A DNA stretch of 38,047 nt from Octopus sinensis (lineage: Eukaryota), in assembly GCF_006345805.1 (NCBI RefSeq), contig NW_021832043.1:1-38047 (forward strand). The letters are read 5' to 3'. The position numbers and the translations under genes are program-made. Position 1 is the first letter of the stretch, and every line of letters starts with the position of its first letter. A model generated the notes under the pieces. That model was given only the letters and a program-made list of their open reading frames with translations. It was not told the origin of the DNA and did not search any database. Positions 35,461 to 38,047 of the stretch are shown here, piece after piece.

Positions 35461-35954
35461 ATAGTGAATACTATTAGTTCGTTGCAGGCAATATTTTACG
35501 CTTTTATTTGCAACAGTCTCTCATTCTCACTCGCCTCTATTTCCATTAATGATAAATGGAATAAAACACCGGAATAAAACACTGTGAATAAAACACCGGG
35601 TGGCAGCACTAAGCAGTGACGTGTACAAATACAAACTTGTTACCAGTTCAAACTTGTTAGCAGTTTAATAAAACACCAAATGGTCATGGTTGGAGTGTCT
35701 TTCTTGACTATTTAATTGGTTTAATTGACTTGGGAGTTAAGCAACCTCAACAGCGGTTCTGTACAATAACTGCCATAGCAGAGTGTTTGTGTGTGTGTGT
35801 GTGTGTGTATACGTGTGTGCGTGTACGTGCGTGCACGTGTGTGTGTGTGTGCGTGTGTGCATGTGCGTGTGTGCGCGCGTGCGTGTGTGTGTGTGTGTGC
35901 ATGTGTGTGTATGCGTGTGCGCGAGAGTGTGTGCGAGTGTATATGTGTTTTGGA

Positions 35955-36351
35955 TATTCTTTTATTCTTTTACTTGTTTCAGTCATTAGGCTGCGGCCAT
36001 GCTGGGGCACCGCCTTGAAGAATTTTTAGTCGAATTTATCAACCCCAGTTTTATTTTAAGCCTAATAATATTACATCACTCTCTTTTTACTGAACCGCTA
36101 AGCTACGGGATTGTCAACACAGCAACACCAGTTGTAAAGTAGCAAAGCTTAGCACAGACATAAAGACGCGCTCACACACACACACATTTTCACGACGGGC
36201 TTCTTTCAGTTTCCGTCTACCAAATCTACTCACAAGGCTTCGGTCGGTCCGAGACTATAGTAGATGCCTGTCCAAGGTGTTACGCAGTGGGGCTGAACCG
36301 GAACCATGTGGTTGGGAAGCCAACTTCTTACCACACATCCACGCATGCGCC
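35955..36351 (-). mobile_element. SINE family A variant (ggggcacc tail)
   Basis: Head, core and tail present, diverged. Confidence 0.85.
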
Positions 36352-36396
36352 AATATGTGTGCGTTTGCGTACGTGAGTGTACACCTTTAAGTTATC

Positions 36397-36631
36397 TATT
36401 TCTGTACTACCTACAAGGGGCTAAACACAGATAGGACAAACATGGACAGACAAACGGATTAAGTCGGTTACATCGACCCCGGTGCGTAACTGGTACTTAT
36501 TTAATCGACCCCGAAAGGATGAAAGGCAAAATCAACCTCGGCGGAATTTGAACTCACAACGTAACGGCAGACGAAATACCGCTAAGTATTTCGCCCGGCG
36601 TGCTAACGTTTCTGCCAGCTCGCCGCCTTAT
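36397..36631 (-). mobile_element. SINE family B, full length with 12-bp TSD
   Basis: ctttaagttatc at 36385-36396 and 36632-36643. Confidence 0.92.
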
Positions 36632-37578
36632 CTTTAAGTTATCATATGGCTTTAGTTATAATATGCGTCTGTATGCATGCATGTATGTATATCGATATGT
36701 ACACACGCTTACACGTATACATGTACACATTAGTGAGTGCTCACAAACATATACAGAAATATACATATAATGAAACATACAAGCACAGACACACACACAC
36801 ACACACACACACACACCACACACACACACCACACACACACACTTATAAACATTAATGAAACTGGAGAAATCATTGGTTTCCTTACCAAAATATATAAGCG
36901 ATCAGCAGCGATAGTTTGCGAAGTGAAATATCTGGAGATAATCTGTAACTCTATTAGAAGTCGCGAAGTAATATATTCATTGCTTACGATAAGACTGTTT
37001 CTTTGAGCCGCTCTCGGATGCCGTCTGAATGCTCTATCTTCCGATCTGACAAACTCTACAAAGACTTTTCCATATTATATTGACGACATATACATAGCGA
37101 GGGTGAAAAGGTTGAAGGAATCGTGTTGGGCTCTTGTTTTTTTTAGGGAGATTTTGTTTTGTGAAACCAACCGGGTGTGAAACGAGTACGTTTAATGGTG
37201 GCTCCTGTTATTGTTTCTTGGACTCTATAGTGTTGTTTTTGTTTGTTTGTTTGTTTTTTGTTTTTTGCCAAATAAGCACCAGATAATTAACTACTCTACA
37301 CTATTTCTTGAAGGTTTAGGGACCGATTTAAAGTTTTCTCCATTGAATCGTAAATAGATTACTGCTTTCCCAAAGGAGACTTCACTCATTTTAGAAGACG
37401 ATGAAATATTGACTTGTCACATAATTTTATTCCTTTCCAATGTTTTGTGAATTAACACGAAAAATATTTTTATCGTAGAGTTTTATGGGGGCTTTTTGCG
37501 CTCCTATTCTTCCTTTACAAGTTTTGTTTATCGTTTTTGAAAATTGAATAAATTTTATCGCTTTTTAGATATATTACG

Positions 37579-37908
37579 ATGGAGTGCCAAAGAGAAAAGA
37601 CATTTTCGGCAACTGCTTCTCTTCCCTTTCAATCAAGATTACAAATCTGCCGAAGCGGTTTTAGAGTCTTTTGTGCCGTGTACGGAGAAGACGCCATTAC
37701 TGAAAGAACTGCACAGAAATGGTATTCACACTTTAAGGAGGGGAAATTCGATCTCACAGACTCTCCATTTTCCTGTCAACTTGTTCAGTTCAAGGAGGAT
37801 CGACTGAATTAGCTCATCCACGAGGGTCCGCAGTAACCCTTTTGGGAATTGGCCGATCGGATGGGATGTTCCCATGATACTATCATCCGTCACCACTCGA
37901 TAGGCAAT
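37579..37908 (+). pseudogene. Mariner transposase N-terminal (HTH) fragment
   Basis: KRHFRQLLLFPFNQ (frameshift) CAVYGEDAITERTAQKWYSHFKEGKFDL...ELADRMGCSHDTI; stops present. Confidence 0.85.
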
Positions 37909-37913
37909 CTAGC

Positions 37914-38047
37914 TGAAACCACCCGACCGGCCACACCACTGCTTGTCCCCACACCACCAATTTGACCGAAGTTGCTCTTAAATAAGAGCTCGACTCGGAC
38001 TGCCAGTTCTGCCGCGCCCATTATATTGTCTGATATTACACCTCCTC
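37914..38047 (-). mobile_element. Possible short 3' LTR with polypurine tract, truncating the mariner
   Basis: Minus strand gaggagg|TGTAATATC...tatttaaga...ggtttCA; only 7 nt of PPT visible at the window edge. Confidence 0.3.

Overview
AT-rich, microsatellite-saturated eukaryotic non-coding DNA. The repeat types suggest an octopus/coleoid cephalopod genome (inference). No host protein-coding gene is supported; nearly all track ORFs are translations of (TA)n/(CA)n/(TATG)n repeats or of repeat elements. The window is a nested stack of tRNA-derived SINEs (at least 4 families), CR1-like LINE 3' ends, non-autonomous Helitrons, mariner/maT/piggyBac/hAT remnants, and a decayed Penelope-like retroelement (PLE). 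The PLE has an RT with a YRDD motif and a GIY-YIG-type endonuclease region on the minus strand, plus an inverted endonuclease/pLTR piece on the plus strand. The main signal the ORF track misses is a dense set of minimal type I hammerhead ribozyme (HHR) motifs: 11 full-architecture motifs in about 9 unrelated sequence contexts. They have palindromic stem III, unusual core variants (G3-C8 swap, U6, C4, G17) and repeated fold-back inversions that turn at or near the ribozyme. One sits directly downstream of the PLE endonuclease piece. Together these point to a diversified PLE/retrozyme-like system of short self-cleaving, hairpin-forming elements. All structures were read by eye; none has been tested for activity or searched against databases.
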